From: Eledone cirrhosa
Lineage: Eukaryota
Direction of reading: 5' to 3'
Assembly: GCA_964016885.1 (NCBI GenBank)
Contig: OZ024742.1
Location: 347,696,001-347,760,000 of the forward strand
Length of the DNA: 64,000 nucleotides
A program made the position numbers and the translations under genes. The notes beneath the pieces were generated by a model. That model was not told the origin of the DNA. It saw only the letters and a program-made list of their open reading frames with translations, and made no database searches. Shown here in pieces: positions 61,587 through 64,000 of this stretch. How positions within the stretch are numbered: the stretch's first letter is position 1; the number at the start of each line of letters is the position of its first letter.

Positions 61587-64000
61587 GTATGTATTATTAC
61601 ATGCTTCAACTATTTACTGTCTCATATGAACCTACCTATAACATTCATCTCTCTCTCTCCATATACACTGAGTTGAGTATATTTGCTTCAGCTATTTTTG
61701 TATTCAATGTGTGTGTGTGTATAAACACACAAAAATACTTTTTCATGATTATCTACTAAACCATTCTTCTGTGGTGGACTTAATCCGTTACCCAATTTAA
61801 GGCCTCAGCCTTGTCCTCGGTTGCCTTCATTGGAGTCTACTTTGTTGCAAGCATTTTCACCAAATGTCCATTTTGAGGATACCTTTTCTTTCACCTAACC
61901 CCACCAGTCTTGGAAGAGCTGCCTTTCCTCTTGTCTGACCCTCCCCCCCTAAACTTGTGTTTTATTGGGCTTCCAGTTATCAATAAGCATTCATGTATAT
62001 AGTGAAGGCACTTGCCGTGGTGATTTCGTGATAGGACTGGGGCCACTATGTTTAAAGCCCCCGAGAAACCTATGATATGATATGCAACCTCATAGAGGGT
62101 CAACTAAACCTGCATAATTATGAGTTGTAAATTTCATCTTTATTCAATGTGAAAGCATGTGGCTGAATGGTTAGAGGTGTTTGCATCACAAGCATATGGT
62201 CATGGGTTCAATTCTTAGACGAAGCAGTGCATTGTGTTCTTGAGCAAGATGTTTCATTTCACATTGATCCACTCCATTCAGTTGAAAAAAATAAAGAATA
62301 CCAGCAGCCACTGGAGATTTACCCTTGCAATGAACTGGTTTTCTCTCCATGATAGAACTGAGGTCTCTATCTTTAAAATACTCTGAGATGCAAGCTTCTG
62401 GGAGGCCAGCTAGACCTACATAGGTGTAGACTATAACAACTAAAACAATAAGCATTTATATATTTACTTAATGTGGTTTTTGTCTACTTAAAGAGTACTG
62501 TGTTATGGGTTTATGTATTTTATGTTTTAACTCTTAACCTCCTGTACCATGTGAACTGACCATATTAACAAGACATTCTTGAAAAGTACAAAAACAATGA
62601 CTGCATCTCATTAAAAATTAAAATCCTTTATTTTACTACAAATTTTTATAATTATTTGTCCTAGTTAAGATACTATAAACACTTGAATTAACAAACACAA
62701 TTTTAGAGATTTTCTGTTAAATTAGTGCCCACAGGACTTGGCTTAAATACTTGCAACAGAGCAGACACTATTAAAGACCTCTAAGAATTGGTTTGTCTAC
62801 TACCCAAGTAAGCCACAGCAGTGTTTGAACTTGGAATGTAAAGAGCCAAAACAAATACCACAAAGCATCTCTTCCTTTGCTCTGACAATTCTGCCAATCC
62901 ACTGTTCTACACTAGTAAAAGGATGGAAGATAGTCGCTCTCGACAGGATTTGTGCATGAATTACTCAAGCAAATACAATGAAACATTTTAACCCTTTTGA
63001 CACCAACTTGGCCAAAGCTGGCTCTACTTCTATGAAACTGGGTAACATGTGTTGGGCAAGATACTTTATTTCAAGTTATTTCGATTCACTGGAAAAAATG
63101 AGCTGTGCTTGTAATTCAAAGAGCATGCCTTGTCACACACTGTGTCAGACTGAATCTCCCTAAGAACTATGTTAAAAAGTAAACGTTATGGAATGCTCAG
63201 CCACTTGCACTTTAATCTCTGGAGCAAGCTGTTCTGTTAATCAAACACCTGGAACACTCATCAGAACACACACATAATCTTAGTAATGAAATAACAACTT
63301 TAGTAAATCTCTCCAAAGTCTTCACAATCAATTGAAGTATAGTGTATGTTAGAAATCAGTAGCAAAAAAGTTAATCCAACACTTTAACGACATTGCCAAT
63401 TCACTGCTTCTCTTTGAAGATAGTTACATAAATATTATCTAGGACTTCTTCCAGTTATTGTAGACACCACACCCCTACAATTGTAATGTTCACATATTTT
63501 GTTCTAATAGGTCTAACTAACTGTTGTCTTATTTATAAAGATATTGAAACTTAGCTAGACTTTGGCAGCCAGTCAAACTGTCTACCAAAATATTTGGTAC
63601 TGAAGATTGTTATTTTACTTTAGTATATATTTTTAATTGCTCCTAGTTATGAAGCTTTTGTTTCCCGTTTTATAATAATCAAGTTTATTTAAAATACTTT
63701 TGATAAACAACTCTCTGAAACTCACCCTAATTCTATGATATAAAACTTTTATTTTAAACTATATTTATCTAAAAAAAATAATTTTATGTAAGAAGCTTTT
63801 ATATATACTTCATAAAACTGCACTAGCAACACATTCTTGAAAGGTAGAAGCTCCACTATAACTACCACAGCAAAGTTTCACAATGATCTGTCTACTAGTA
63901 AAAGTACTATAAATATTTGAATTGACAAACCTGTTTTTAGATATTTGCTGATTAAGTATTACCAGGTATTAAACACCAGCTAAATAATAAGAAAATTCAT

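Overview
Eukaryotic, very AT-rich genomic DNA. The SINE and RTE repertoire resembles that of octopus/coleoid cephalopods, which is an inference rather than a database result. Positions 1-26.3 kb are a (TA)n/ATGT microsatellite sea packed with retroelements. These are a near full-length RTE-clade LINE (family A, minus strand, crossing a 200-N gap), a second RTE (family B, plus strand), six 5'-truncated family-A fragments, a CR1-like fragment, a tRNA/CORE-type SINE, and five full-length copies of a ~607-bp bipartite non-autonomous RTE derivative with a fixed, pseudoknot-capable 5' end. Positions ~26.3-28 kb look like a possibly bidirectional promoter region. Positions 28-64 kb are intron-like DNA containing old SINEs, TTAA MITEs, an internally deleted piggyBac, a 29-bp minisatellite, a Penelope-like pseudo-LTR with a degenerate hammerhead ribozyme, a Tx1/L1-like fragment and two clear plus-strand coding exons (59271-59483, 61466-61586) of a ZFR/Zn72D-like gene. 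All the long 'MYIYI...' ORFs are microsatellite artefacts.
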